A stretch of DNA of 64,000 nt from Nemertoderma westbladi (lineage: Eukaryota; Animalia; Xenacoelomorpha): contig JAUCBJ010009143.1 in assembly GCA_032718475.1 (NCBI GenBank), forward strand, positions 1 through 64,000. Reading direction: 5' to 3'. The notes under the pieces were generated by a model. That model was given only the letters and a program-made list of their open reading frames with translations, was not told the origin of the DNA and did not search any database. The position numbers were made by a program, and so were the translations under genes. Every line of letters begins with the position of its first letter. Position 1 is the first letter of the stretch. Positions 51,660-62,156 of this stretch are shown here, in pieces.

Positions 51660-52862
51660 TGTTCGCGCTTTCAGACCTTTGGCAGTTTAACCCGCCAAAT
51701 TAAGATGTCTTCTAGATATTAAATCGCTTTTTAGCCTATGACAAGTATTTGATTCACTACACTAGTCGAAACCAATCTGTGCGCGACCATTCACCCGCTG
51801 GATATTCCCGGGAGATTGGGTTCGACGGTTTAATTTTATTGCTATGTAAGCCTAATGTATTATTCGACTGACAGTATTATATAATCTCTGACAATATTAT
51901 TCACCTTCGGGAATATTAACAGTTCCTTTAGGACGTGGCGCTTTATTTATATAAACAGAGTTATGACTTAAACTACTCACAACGATATGGCTTAATTATA
52001 ATTCACATATATGGCGCATTCTTTAGGAAATGCTTCTTTAACAGACTCACTCATACACAATGCTGCACAATACTGCACACTAATCTGCCAATCTTCACTG
52101 ATTTTAGTCACATATAAAAGGAACACAGACTGACTCATGTAGGGTCTATCAAATAACATTAGATTCACTTCAAACCACTTTAACATAAGTCACAATCGTT
52201 ATTGGTAACTTTTCTCTCTTACCTTCGGTATATCAAGAATATTGGGTGTCGGGGTTATTTCTCGTTATTCCAATATAATAATTCATCAACAAATATAATG
52301 AATAACCGACAACAAATAGCAGTATACGGTATTGATTGAGCAGGTAATTTTAGCAGCAGTTATTCAAGTGATTAAAAGCCAGTTTGCTTGAGTTAAGACA
52401 ATCAGTCAGTTAAAGGATATATGTCCTTATAATTAAACCTACTAGTGTTGAGCTAAAAAGCAGAAAGCACAAAACACTAAAAAGCCGTTCTTTCGTGGCT
52501 TTGAAAAACTCGTGACTACTGCTCTATACGAGGATACCAACTCCCTTATTCCACGAAGCTCCCGTTCAACACAGAGAAAGAGCAGTGAGATAGGAAAATT
52601 TCAGTTCAGTAGCTCTGTGATAGGTCAAAATCAAGGCTAACTCAAATTCTATTGGGAGATACAAAAACAAGGCTATGACGCAACCTCCCTAGGCTTGTTG
52701 GCCGATTAAACAGAGCCCAGATGCCTGCGTACAGCAAATCAGCCAATAAGCTGGTAACTTGCACTATTTTTAGCTATAGATCCCTTTTGAGAGTATTCTA
52801 GCGACTGGGGGGGAACTGGCCAACAAGGCAAACGAATCAGTTATCCCACAAAAGCTTTTACA
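51660..52862 (-). repeat. 5' LTR of element C
   Basis: Direct repeat of 20996-22198, followed by the TSD GTTTA. Confidence 0.97.
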
Positions 52863-53950
52863 GTTTATGAACGTATTTCGCATATAAGTTATTTTTTTAT
52901 TGATTGACTTTACCAGTGATTGGGTAAGCCAGGGTTTATGAGGCACCAGTTTTTTTGGAATTTTTTTGTGTGGGGCATGTTTTTGACATACTGCATCTAA
53001 ATTTGAATAAAATATATCAAAGCGATCTCTCAACTGATTATTCGCGTTATTATAGGTCCACGTGTCAATGTCTGACAAATCAGCTAAAAATGTTGTATGA
53101 TCAAAATTTGAATAATCATAAAAAAAGTTCGTAGTATCAGGCCTGAAATAATTAGAATAATCTGTTAAGATCACGAATGTCGGTAAGTGATCGGCAATTT
53201 CTGTTAGGAAAACACCCTCATTAGATATCGATGTATTAATATTGGTTATGACATGGTCAAGCAAAGATGGTGGAGAACTTTTAATGCGAGTTGGCTTTGT
53301 AATGACCTGCTTAAAACCGTTTGAGTTTATGGTTTGAAGGTAATTAAGAGTTAAATTACAAGGTTTTTTTAAATTGATGTTCATGTCACCTGTAATGATC
53401 ACGTCATAGCCTTTATCAGCTAGCAAGGATAGTAAGTTATCCAAATCATCGATAAAATTATTACGGTCAACTGTTTGGGAAACATACATACATCCTATTA
53501 TTAGAGGTTTATTTGGATGGGGACGTTTTACTTCGATCCAGCAATTCTCAGGTCCCGATATTCGTAAATCAGTACGTTCAATAAAATCGAACTCATCTCG
53601 AATGATAATTGCAGTGCCGCCTCGTTTTGTGTCCCGCCTATCCTGTGAGACCAACTCATAACCTGGAAAAGTAATTTCTGAGGGGTCCGAAGAAGTGCTC
53701 AAAAAGGTTTCAGAAAATGTCAACACATCGAAATCACTCGACAAAGTTTGGAAAAAATTTGATATTTCACACTTGTGTGTTGGTAGGCTTTGGCTATTGA
53801 CATGAAAAACCGAGAACGACTTAGAGTTCTCTAAGTTACCGAATTCTTTATTAAAAGTATCAGCTGTGTGATAACCCCGAGAAATATTGTTATTATCTAA
53901 ATTTATGTCAGGATCAATATCATTGAATGGAGATGATAAACAACCGCGAC
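52863..53950 (-). mobile_element. Same LINE, 5' half of ORF2 (APE endonuclease)
   Basis: SETFL, RGGTAI, TGDMNIN, PTR, LDHV, DHLP and PWLT motifs; the sequence joins 20995 seamlessly once element C and one GTTTA are removed. Confidence 0.92.
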
Positions 53951-53970
53951 CTCTATACTAACAGCAGAAC

Positions 53971-56089
53971 TGTTGAACAGACAAATACCCGTATACTCCT
54001 CTGCCAACCTAATAAGTTCTCGTCTAACCAATAAGACACAAAGACTGCTCTACTGTTAAGTAAAGGGGATCAGGAGCGTGCTATTACTAAATTGTAGGGC
54101 TGCTAAATACAAAACCGCTACTTACCGTTGGATGGCGCTAATCTGCCGTCCGCTAATATATTTTACTAAATTTACACGGCTCCTGCAAAATCGCTTGTTC
54201 CTTTCTCTACCGATCGCTCGACAGAGAGCTAACTGTTCGAATCTATGAGCCACGCGGGAATAACCAAAACAATAAACCCGAGTCGGCTCCCTAAGCTTAC
54301 TTAAGACGAGTGCGAGAGGCTTTGCACTCAGAGTATTCTTACGCCTAATTTTACTATTTAAATACGATAATGCCTACGTCTTTTCTAATCGCGAATACTG
54401 GGGGTTCCCTAAAGGAATGTGTGAATGCGAGAATATTTAAAATAATCAAAATGGTACAGTATTTGTCTCTACTTGGGTAATACCGCTCTGGGTCTAAACT
54501 TGCCTGCAGCTGGCTTTAGGCCAGCAAATTACTAGTGTGTTGTGCGTACTGAATAATGCGATCTAGCTTATTGCCCGCTAATGCAAATAACCGCTCATCG
54601 TGAATAGTTTACAGTACTCTAATTATTACCTTAGCTACTCTCCGCTATGCTGCGTACTAATTCTTAATTTCACTAACTAATTACAGTCACAAATATGTAA
54701 CGGCGTACTAATTACTAAGAGTTCCAGAATGCGCAATTCTAATTTATTACACACTAGGTTTCGCTAGTAATAGCCTAAAATACCGTATTACTTTGACCTA
54801 ATCAGTAATTAATTGTTGTAAACTAAGAAATAGAAATCAATCAAAGGGAAAAGGCGCCTACCTAAGCATTCGTAATCATAGGCACACTTCAGTAACGCAC
54901 CAATCAGCGTCAGCAATCACAGCTCGCAATTATGCAGTTCACTACCGTGTAGCCCACAGTTGTGCACTTCACTCTTCGTACTCCACACTTCACACTGTAA
55001 TACGTGCAGGCCTCTCCCGGGTACATCTAGGCTTCCTAACTAACCCGATTCTTGCCCCCCTAATACTAAAATAGAGACAAAACCTGGATCATCAGCCCCT
55101 TAATTACTGTACCGGCGAATGGTCTGCATGCTACAGTGTGAACCGCCCGACCGCAACGGTGACCCCCCGCCAGCGTTGCCCGCCTTTGAATCCTCCGCTC
55201 TCCCTTAGTCGCCCAACCCCCTGATGCGCCCACCGCCTACCGGCACCTTAGCCCTCCATTTATTGAATAGCTACCGTAGCGGCGCATGCAAATCACAAAA
55301 GTCTGACAGTCCTTGAAAATCCCTTAGGATTATTGCGTAGAATTGAATCACATAGAACCATTTACAAAAGGGGTAGAAATCATAGTTCCGGTTGTAATTA
55401 GCAGTAATCGATAGGATTGATTGAGAAACGCAATTGAGAATAGTAGCACTGACAAATCATTTCAAGAAATTAATCGAAAGATAGAAAATAGCAGAAAATA
55501 CGCAAAATTATACTTCTAACTTAATGGTACTAAATATGTCTGAGTTGGTGTGTAAGGGTGATTGAGGTACAGCTCTACCGGCAAGCCGCCAATTTATAGG
55601 TGATCCGAGAAGGGTGATGCAATAAGGGTGATGCAATCGCTCTCCCATTGGCTCTCCAGTCCGCGCTAGCATTAGACCAACCTGGAAGCAGTTAGTCCAA
55701 TAAGGAAGCCGGATTGTGAACCTCAGGGCTTCCAAGCCGCGAATTATTACCATATATGGTAATGGATCATGTCCCTGGCTGCTGAATGGTTAGGATTGCG
55801 TCCCTAGATGCCGGCCCTATCGAAGCTAATAACAGCAAGCACAAAAATCCAGGGTCCAACTGAACTTGCTACCCTGGAACTATCTACTTATCTACTACTA
55901 CTAATATAGGGCGTTTCAATTTCCTTATCTAAATATCACCTCGCTATTATGTCTTACCTAAAATATTATACTGCATAACGGGCTAATATTGCGTACAGTA
56001 TAACGGACTAATATATTATACTGCATAATGAACCAACATATTATACTGTACAATGGCTAATAATGTGTACAGCGCCATATACAGTAACA
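53971..56089 (-). repeat. Complete A/B-family LTR (~2.1 kb)
   Basis: Collinear with 12684-14798; TGTT...AACA ends; no matching TSD and no PPT next to it. Confidence 0.85.
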
Positions 56090-56430
56090 GTATATATATA
56101 CTATATATACCAAGGTAAGTTTGACATTTCGACATTCCGATACTTTGACATTTTATTACCCGTACTTGACGTATATAATAAGACATGAGTGACACACCCC
56201 ATTCGACGAGATACCCCCCTACCGACTATGACTCGTGCGACCCGGACAGATCGACAGTAGACGAACCGAGAAGGAGAACCCGAGATTCCACCGATGTCAC
56301 ACCGCGTGCATCGCCGGTACCCCGAACGGAAATACCGGAAGCCGCAACGCGTGGCGACGGCAGAATCGAAGATTTCCTTACCGTCCCGCAGACCAGATCG
56401 CGGGAACCGGACATGGTAAGTTCGACTGGG
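56090..56430 (+). pseudogene. Fragment resembling the leader and gag start of another element
   Basis: ORF at 56185 (MSDTPHST...IPEAATR) loosely resembles the D Gag start (MSDSGETP...IREAATK); it is cut by LTR sequence at 56431. Confidence 0.4.
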
Positions 56431-57211
56431 AGTTCCGGTTGTAATTAGCAGTAATCGACAGGATTAATTGAGAAACGCAATCAAGAATAATCGCACTAGC
56501 AAATCATGTAGAGAAATTAATCAAAATAGAAAATTGCAGAAATACGCTAAATTATACTTCTAACTGCAGGGTGGGGAATAAGGATTGGGTAAGGTATAAG
56601 GTAAGGTTAAGGAATGGTACAGCTCTACCGGCAAACCGCCAATTTATAGGTGATCCGAGTGGGGTGATGCAATAGGGTGACTCAATCGCTCTCTTATTGG
56701 CTCTCCAGTCCGCGCTAGCATTAGACCAACCTGGAAGCAGTTAGTCCAATAAGGAGGCCGGATTGTAGCCCTATCGCTCTCCAACCCTTCAAATTATTAC
56801 CATATATGGTAATGGATCATGTCCCTGGCTGCGGAATGGTCAGGATAGCGTCCCTATATGCTAGCCCTATTGAAGCTAATAACAGCAAGCACAAAATCCA
56901 GGGTCCGACTGAACTTGCTACCCTGGAACTATCTACCTATATCCTAATACAAAATTACGTAGGTAGGGCTACATACTTATACAAAATGGAATATGTTATA
57001 TTATTATAATATTATATACAAAATATGTGGGCGTTTTGATTTCCCTATCTAAATATCACCTCGCTATTATGCCTTATCTAAAATATTATACTGCACAACG
57101 GACTAATATTGCGTACAGTATAACGGACTAATATTGCGTACAGTATAACGGACTAATATATTATACTGCATAATGGCTAATAATGTGGATACAGCGCCAT
57201 ATACCGTAACA
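56431..57211 (-). repeat. Truncated 3' LTR of element B
   Basis: Homologous to 55384-56089 and 174-963; followed by the same ccgctccaaggg PPT-side sequence as A. Confidence 0.88.
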
Positions 57212-57688
57212 CCGCTCCAAGGGAAATCATATAATGTTTCCCTCCAACTGTAGAAGAGTATAAGGTGATGTATACAAACAAATAAAATTTCTTCCAAATA
57301 ATCTAAATACTTGATACTATAAATCCTACTATTTACAAAATATTGCTATAGATATATTGCATAATGAGTTTACGTACAAATTAAATTTACAAATATTATC
57401 TCTCTCTCATACAAATTAAATTTACAAAATATTGTTTCTCGTTCATACTACATAATGATTACTACATACAAGATCTAATATAAAAATTTTGCTAGGGCAA
57501 GTGAAAGGAGTAAGCCAAACCCGCAGGTTTGTCTCCCAAATCACTTCCTTCGCTTCTCTCATAATATAAATTCAAAACAGCTCAACTAGTGTATATGAGT
57601 CTAGTCGAATATTTCTAAAATGCTACAATATACATCAGAGCGACGATGATGTATATATCTAGAGTCTGTCGCCCTGTGATACGATGCA

Positions 57689-60600
57689 TTATCGACCCGC
57701 TCCTGGGTTCTTCGGGCTCGCTACCCTCTTTCGTCCTCTTCCCAGATACACCAGTCTACCTCCTGTAGACTCTGTTGACGGCGTCCGTGAGGCGTCACTC
57801 CCCGGAACCGGCGACGATGTACCCTGAGCCCCGACAGATTCCCGGCTCGTGCTTCTCCCTCGGCCTCGTCCCAATTGTCGTGCTCCCGTGGTCGCTTCCG
57901 CCAACTCTTCCTTATGCAGTTGCACTCGCGCCTTTTCTGACGCTCCCTGCGCCTTGCGCTGCAACCGTTGTGCTTCTATAATTGAGTGATAGTGGTCGTC
58001 CTTGACTTGACGCTTGTCTCGGACCTCTCCTCCTGGTTCTTTCCGCGAGCCTTGAGCTCCAGCGGTCATCACTGTGGTCGCTGCGATTCTCTGCTCTTGT
58101 ATCCTCTCAGCGGTCAATGACCCCACTGGTACATGAGTCAACAAGAATTCGTTGCGGTATTGAATAGCCGCCATCCTCCAATCACCTCGCGCGCGTACCA
58201 CTTTTCTAGTCTCCGAAAATACACCCTTCGTGATTCGATCGCAAATAGCAACGAAGTTCCAAGTGTATTTGTTATCCATATTCAACTGTCTGAAGTATTC
58301 TCGAACTACGATAACTCCAGTGTTTTGTGGAAGGTCTTGAGCAGTTAGGATGAGTTCCTGATATTGTGGTAGCGACTGTAGATATGGCTCGTACGCAACA
58401 TGTGATGGGTCTACCGCCCAAAATCCATATCCCGCCTTGAATGGTAACCAACGCATCTGCGCTTGAATATGGTAGTCAGCCACACTCTCCCACTTATCTA
58501 ACATCTCTCGAAGTAGGTTAGCGCTATGGTTTTGGAAGGAATCATCTCGCAGCTGACATCTCGCGCTACGATGTCCCTTTACTCCACAATATCCACATTG
58601 AGAAATGAAGACGGTGCACGTGTGAAACGAATGGTCGGTCTCATTACACCAACGACAGACCTTATGCGCCGCCTCTACTACCGCGTCGCACGACTTTAGA
58701 TTGTGCCTTGTGCTGCCGCACAACTTGCACCTACGCGCTTGTGGAAACCAGGCCCTCTCGTATATGAGGTCTCCAATCGGTTTCGCACTTCCTTCTTTCC
58801 CAATGTCTAATACGATGTCGTCCTCTCCGGTCAGCGGTTGTCGATCCGGAACAAAGTAAACATCCTCGTCCTTGTCCTCTATCTCCAATATTTCCTCCCG
58901 CGTTCGTTTCGGATATGTCTTCTCCACCGGAAGATCTACTCCGAACACCTCTACTAACGTCTCCGGCCAGCCCTCCTTAACAGGTCTATCAGCCTCCGAG
59001 TGGAAGGGAGTACCAAACCCGCGGGTTTGATTCCCGAACCACTTCTCCAAAGCTTCTGGTGTCGGATATTCCATCGACGGTCGGTCTCCCAAATCTCCGA
59101 TGTTCTGTCGATATACTCCTTCGAATATCGATAATCCTCTCCTAACCATCGACGTATTCTCTAACGATTGGTTGAAGAACGGTGTTAAGAAACGCTTCAT
59201 CACGTCGGATTGGATTCCCCCTTTCGAGCGAACGTATTGATCTCCTCCGAATACCAATGGATGACGCTTCAAAACTCGCGCAACGATATCCGCTAATAAA
59301 CAAGTCACCGTGTTCGACTCAAGCACCAAATAATATTGTAGCGACGCACGGGGTGGCGCGCAAATGTTCCAATACACTAACGCTTGCCGCTTGAAGTGGG
59401 ATTTGAACTCCGCTCCCGGTGGCGTGTTGTATTCGCCATACGCCTCCTCGTACTTCTTCTGCGTCTTTAACTTAAAGTCCCAATTATACAACAAGTGTGC
59501 TATAAAGCCCATACCAGTCTTGGCAGAGTTGGGATACTCCCTATAAATTCCAATATCCTGTGCCCATAGCAACAATAGCTTGGTGTCGACAAACGGTCTC
59601 GGCAATCTATCTTCCAGATCAGTCATGGCGTTGAAGTCGCTCTCCAAATCGCTCTGGACTCCCGATCCCACCTTGACGTAATCTTGGTTGAGAATAGCCT
59701 CTCTAACCTTCTTGGGTAGCATCCTGGCGTTGATACGCTCCGCTCCGTGCATACCTCCTCGCCTGCATACCTCCAAAATCTGCTCCCTAGGATCCTTCCC
59801 TTTCCGATATTGTGTCGTTATGATGGGCTCCGGTCTCTCTCGATCCGCCCTCACGCGCATAAACACATGAGTCACACCATCGGCCGCACGAATTTGAATG
59901 CACTTGCTAGTCAAACATTCCTGATGGGACCCTCCTTCGTTGTCGTAGAACATCACCCGCCAATCTTGCAGTGATTCCTCCGTTTTTCTCCACTGACGCT
60001 GAATCTCATCTGATGGGGTCCACATGCGCTCAATAGCCTTGTGGTCATCATATCGGGTATAAGAACCCTTCCTCCTCAGCCACGTCTGGTCTACCTCCTC
60101 ATCGTCTGGGAATGTAGCCACCGCGACCCATACCTTGATGTACTTATCCAACCATCCAAATAATTTGCTCTCCTTCCCCGGAGCTCCAATCTTATCCAAT
60201 GTGTCGTAATCTGTGATCTGCATTGGGACATCACGCAAGAACTTCGCGCATAAAACTTCCCGTAAACAGTCAACGTTCCAATGATCCGCCATTCTTACCA
60301 TCGGCAAGAATCGTATCGCTTCTCGCGACTCCGGATGATCTACTAATATCGCAGGTTCGGTGCCGTCGGAATAATACACCGGTCGGGGTTGAGATACGAC
60401 CTGTGGAACAAATCCGGTCACTCTCCTCGTCTCCTCTTGATGCCTATCCGCGGCCTTATTATACTCCGCTATCCTATTCTCAAATAACTCTTTCGCCTTC
60501 GCCACTCGCTCCTCCTGCCGCAACGCGTCTATGTCGTCCTGATGCTCAGGCGTGAGGCTTCTCACTTGGTGAGGCGAAGTAAACGTAGTCCAGGGACTCG

Positions 60601-61396
60601 AGAGCTCCAAACCCGCGGGTTTGGTACCTGAGTCCCGTGCCGCTTCGCGCCGCGCCTCTAGATCCTTATAGGCTCGGTACAGCGAAATGGCCGCTGCCGT
60701 CTCTATCAAACTGGGTGTCGAACAGGGTTTAATCTCCGTATACGGATCTAATGTCGTAATGGTCGGCATAATGGGTCTCGGAGGTCGCTTTCCGCTGAAG
60801 TCGATACTGATCATCGGGTTGCTCATCGGATAACCTCCCTCGTTGTATCTAAGGAACTGGTGAGCTGGACATCGCGTTAATATCGGTTCTGGATGTTGCT
60901 CGTCTAGTCGGTCGGGAATCGCCACGTCTTGCTTATTCATGCATTCACCACACTTGTAGAACAGCTTGTACACGCTGAAGACCTTCGGCGTCTCCTGATC
61001 CTCGCCTCGAGTCCTCCGGTACAAATGCATTCCGTCGAACTGATCTCGGACTGCAGGTAGAGGTTCTTTGTGTCGTAAATACATATTCATATGGTACAGT
61101 CGTGCGATCTCCTCATCCGGGTCTGCACTAATGTCACATACGTCCAAAGCGAAGTCGTAAGGATACCGAGTGCGATATTCTTTCCGCAAAACTTCCATCC
61201 GGTCTCCCAACACTCTCATTCTTTCCCTCCGTAATTCCTTATCATACATAGGTTTGTATTTCCCGTTCAGCTCCATCACGGACCGCCCATGGTAGTAAAC
61301 GTTAGAGTCCTTACATCCTGGTCGCGCGAATGGTAGCTCCGCCTCCTCTCTGGCAGTAAATCCTCTGCGCGGTTGTGCTCTAATATCCTTCTCCAT
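57689..61396 (-). CDS. Intact 1235-aa accessory ORF2 of B: DEDD-like 3'-5' exonuclease plus 3 CCHC zinc knuckles
   Basis: FYDNEG (ExoI), LPKKVREAILNQDYVKVGSGVQSDL (ExoII), FVDTK, YLVLE; CKLCGSTRHNLKSC, CRWCNETDHSFHTC and CGYCGVKGHRSARC; no signal peptide or TM segment evident. Confidence 0.85.
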   Translation of the reverse strand: MEKDIRAQPRRGFTAREEAELPFARPGCKDSNVYYHGRSVMELNGKYKPMYDKELRRERMRVLGDRMEVLRKEYRTRYPYDFALDVCDISADPDEEIARLYHMNMYLRHKEPLPAVRDQFDGMHLYRRTRGEDQETPKVFSVYKLFYKCGECMNKQDVAIPDRLDEQHPEPILTRCPAHQFLRYNEGGYPMSNPMISIDFSGKRPPRPIMPTITTLDPYTEIKPCSTPSLIETAAAISLYRAYKDLEARREAARDSGTKPAGLELSSPWTTFTSPHQVRSLTPEHQDDIDALRQEERVAKAKELFENRIAEYNKAADRHQEETRRVTGFVPQVVSQPRPVYYSDGTEPAILVDHPESREAIRFLPMVRMADHWNVDCLREVLCAKFLRDVPMQITDYDTLDKIGAPGKESKLFGWLDKYIKVWVAVATFPDDEEVDQTWLRRKGSYTRYDDHKAIERMWTPSDEIQRQWRKTEESLQDWRVMFYDNEGGSHQECLTSKCIQIRAADGVTHVFMRVRADRERPEPIITTQYRKGKDPREQILEVCRRGGMHGAERINARMLPKKVREAILNQDYVKVGSGVQSDLESDFNAMTDLEDRLPRPFVDTKLLLLWAQDIGIYREYPNSAKTGMGFIAHLLYNWDFKLKTQKKYEEAYGEYNTPPGAEFKSHFKRQALVYWNICAPPRASLQYYLVLESNTVTCLLADIVARVLKRHPLVFGGDQYVRSKGGIQSDVMKRFLTPFFNQSLENTSMVRRGLSIFEGVYRQNIGDLGDRPSMEYPTPEALEKWFGNQTRGFGTPFHSEADRPVKEGWPETLVEVFGVDLPVEKTYPKRTREEILEIEDKDEDVYFVPDRQPLTGEDDIVLDIGKEGSAKPIGDLIYERAWFPQARRCKLCGSTRHNLKSCDAVVEAAHKVCRWCNETDHSFHTCTVFISQCGYCGVKGHRSARCQLRDDSFQNHSANLLREMLDKWESVADYHIQAQMRWLPFKAGYGFWAVDPSHVAYEPYLQSLPQYQELILTAQDLPQNTGVIVVREYFRQLNMDNKYTWNFVAICDRITKGVFSETRKVVRARGDWRMAAIQYRNEFLLTHVPVGSLTAERIQEQRIAATTVMTAGAQGSRKEPGGEVRDKRQVKDDHYHSIIEAQRLQRKAQGASEKARVQLHKEELAEATTGARQLGRGRGRSTSRESVGAQGTSSPVPGSDASRTPSTESTGGRLVYLGRGRKRVASPKNPGAGR

Positions 61397-62156
61397 TATG
61401 CTCGCGTATATACATATATATATATCCCAATAAGTGCCGTTACGTAACCAATTACACTGTGGGTAAATCAGTTAGATGTCGCCGAAAGACAGACCTCCCG
61501 AACCCCCCCGCTTTCCAGCAGTTCAGGTTCGACTCTCTAGATTCCGTCTCTTCCTAACTAACTATCCTCTAACCTATTCCCATGCATAGAGCAAAAACTT
61601 TGGAGATAAACTGGCCGTGACCAACTCACTTTTTGATGCCCAAACTACTCCCATTACTCGTACTAAACTACAGTAGTTAGAAAGGACTATAGCCACAATA
61701 CTCGACTATACCAAACCCACAGGTTTGATAATTGAATATCACACATCACTGCAAACTACTGAGTGGGGTCCATGTACGCCTCTGGTGCTACTAACCTTTA
61801 GCACCTTAGTTGCACTGTTGGCACCAATCTGTGGAAGTTGCTAAACTCAATTTACACTCCTACGTAATATAGCCGTCACCATGGTTTCTAAATGCTATTT
61901 TCCAGGCTTCACGACTTTTCAAATTACTGTTTATCTATAGACGAATTCTAAAACGCGTCTATACACAGCGTCTGGAATTGTCTTGGGTTCACTTCTAATT
62001 TTTTTTAAAATTTTTAAATTTTCCAAAAATTTTGAAAATAAAATTTGTTTTGATACCCACCAGACAAAACTCAACGCAAATCACCACAACCCCGCTCCTA
62101 TGCATTTCCTTGTATTTGCATACGAGGAATGCATACGAAGTGAGTTGCGTCCAACA

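Larger units (their letters stand above)
20996..52862 (-). mobile_element. Bel/Pao LTR retrotransposon C (contains nested D)
   Basis: 1203-bp LTRs at 20996-22198 and 51660-52862 with TG...CA ends; 5-bp TSD GTTTA (20991-20995, 52863-52867). Confidence 0.97.

Noticed and set aside
52770-52862. C-terminal tail of the 324-aa endonuclease ORF
   Set aside because: Read-through into the C LTR after a frameshift; not part of the LINE protein.
57689-61396. ORF2 as an envelope gene
   Set aside because: No signal peptide, transmembrane segment or glycoprotein-like Cys pattern; nuclease and knuckle motifs are present instead.
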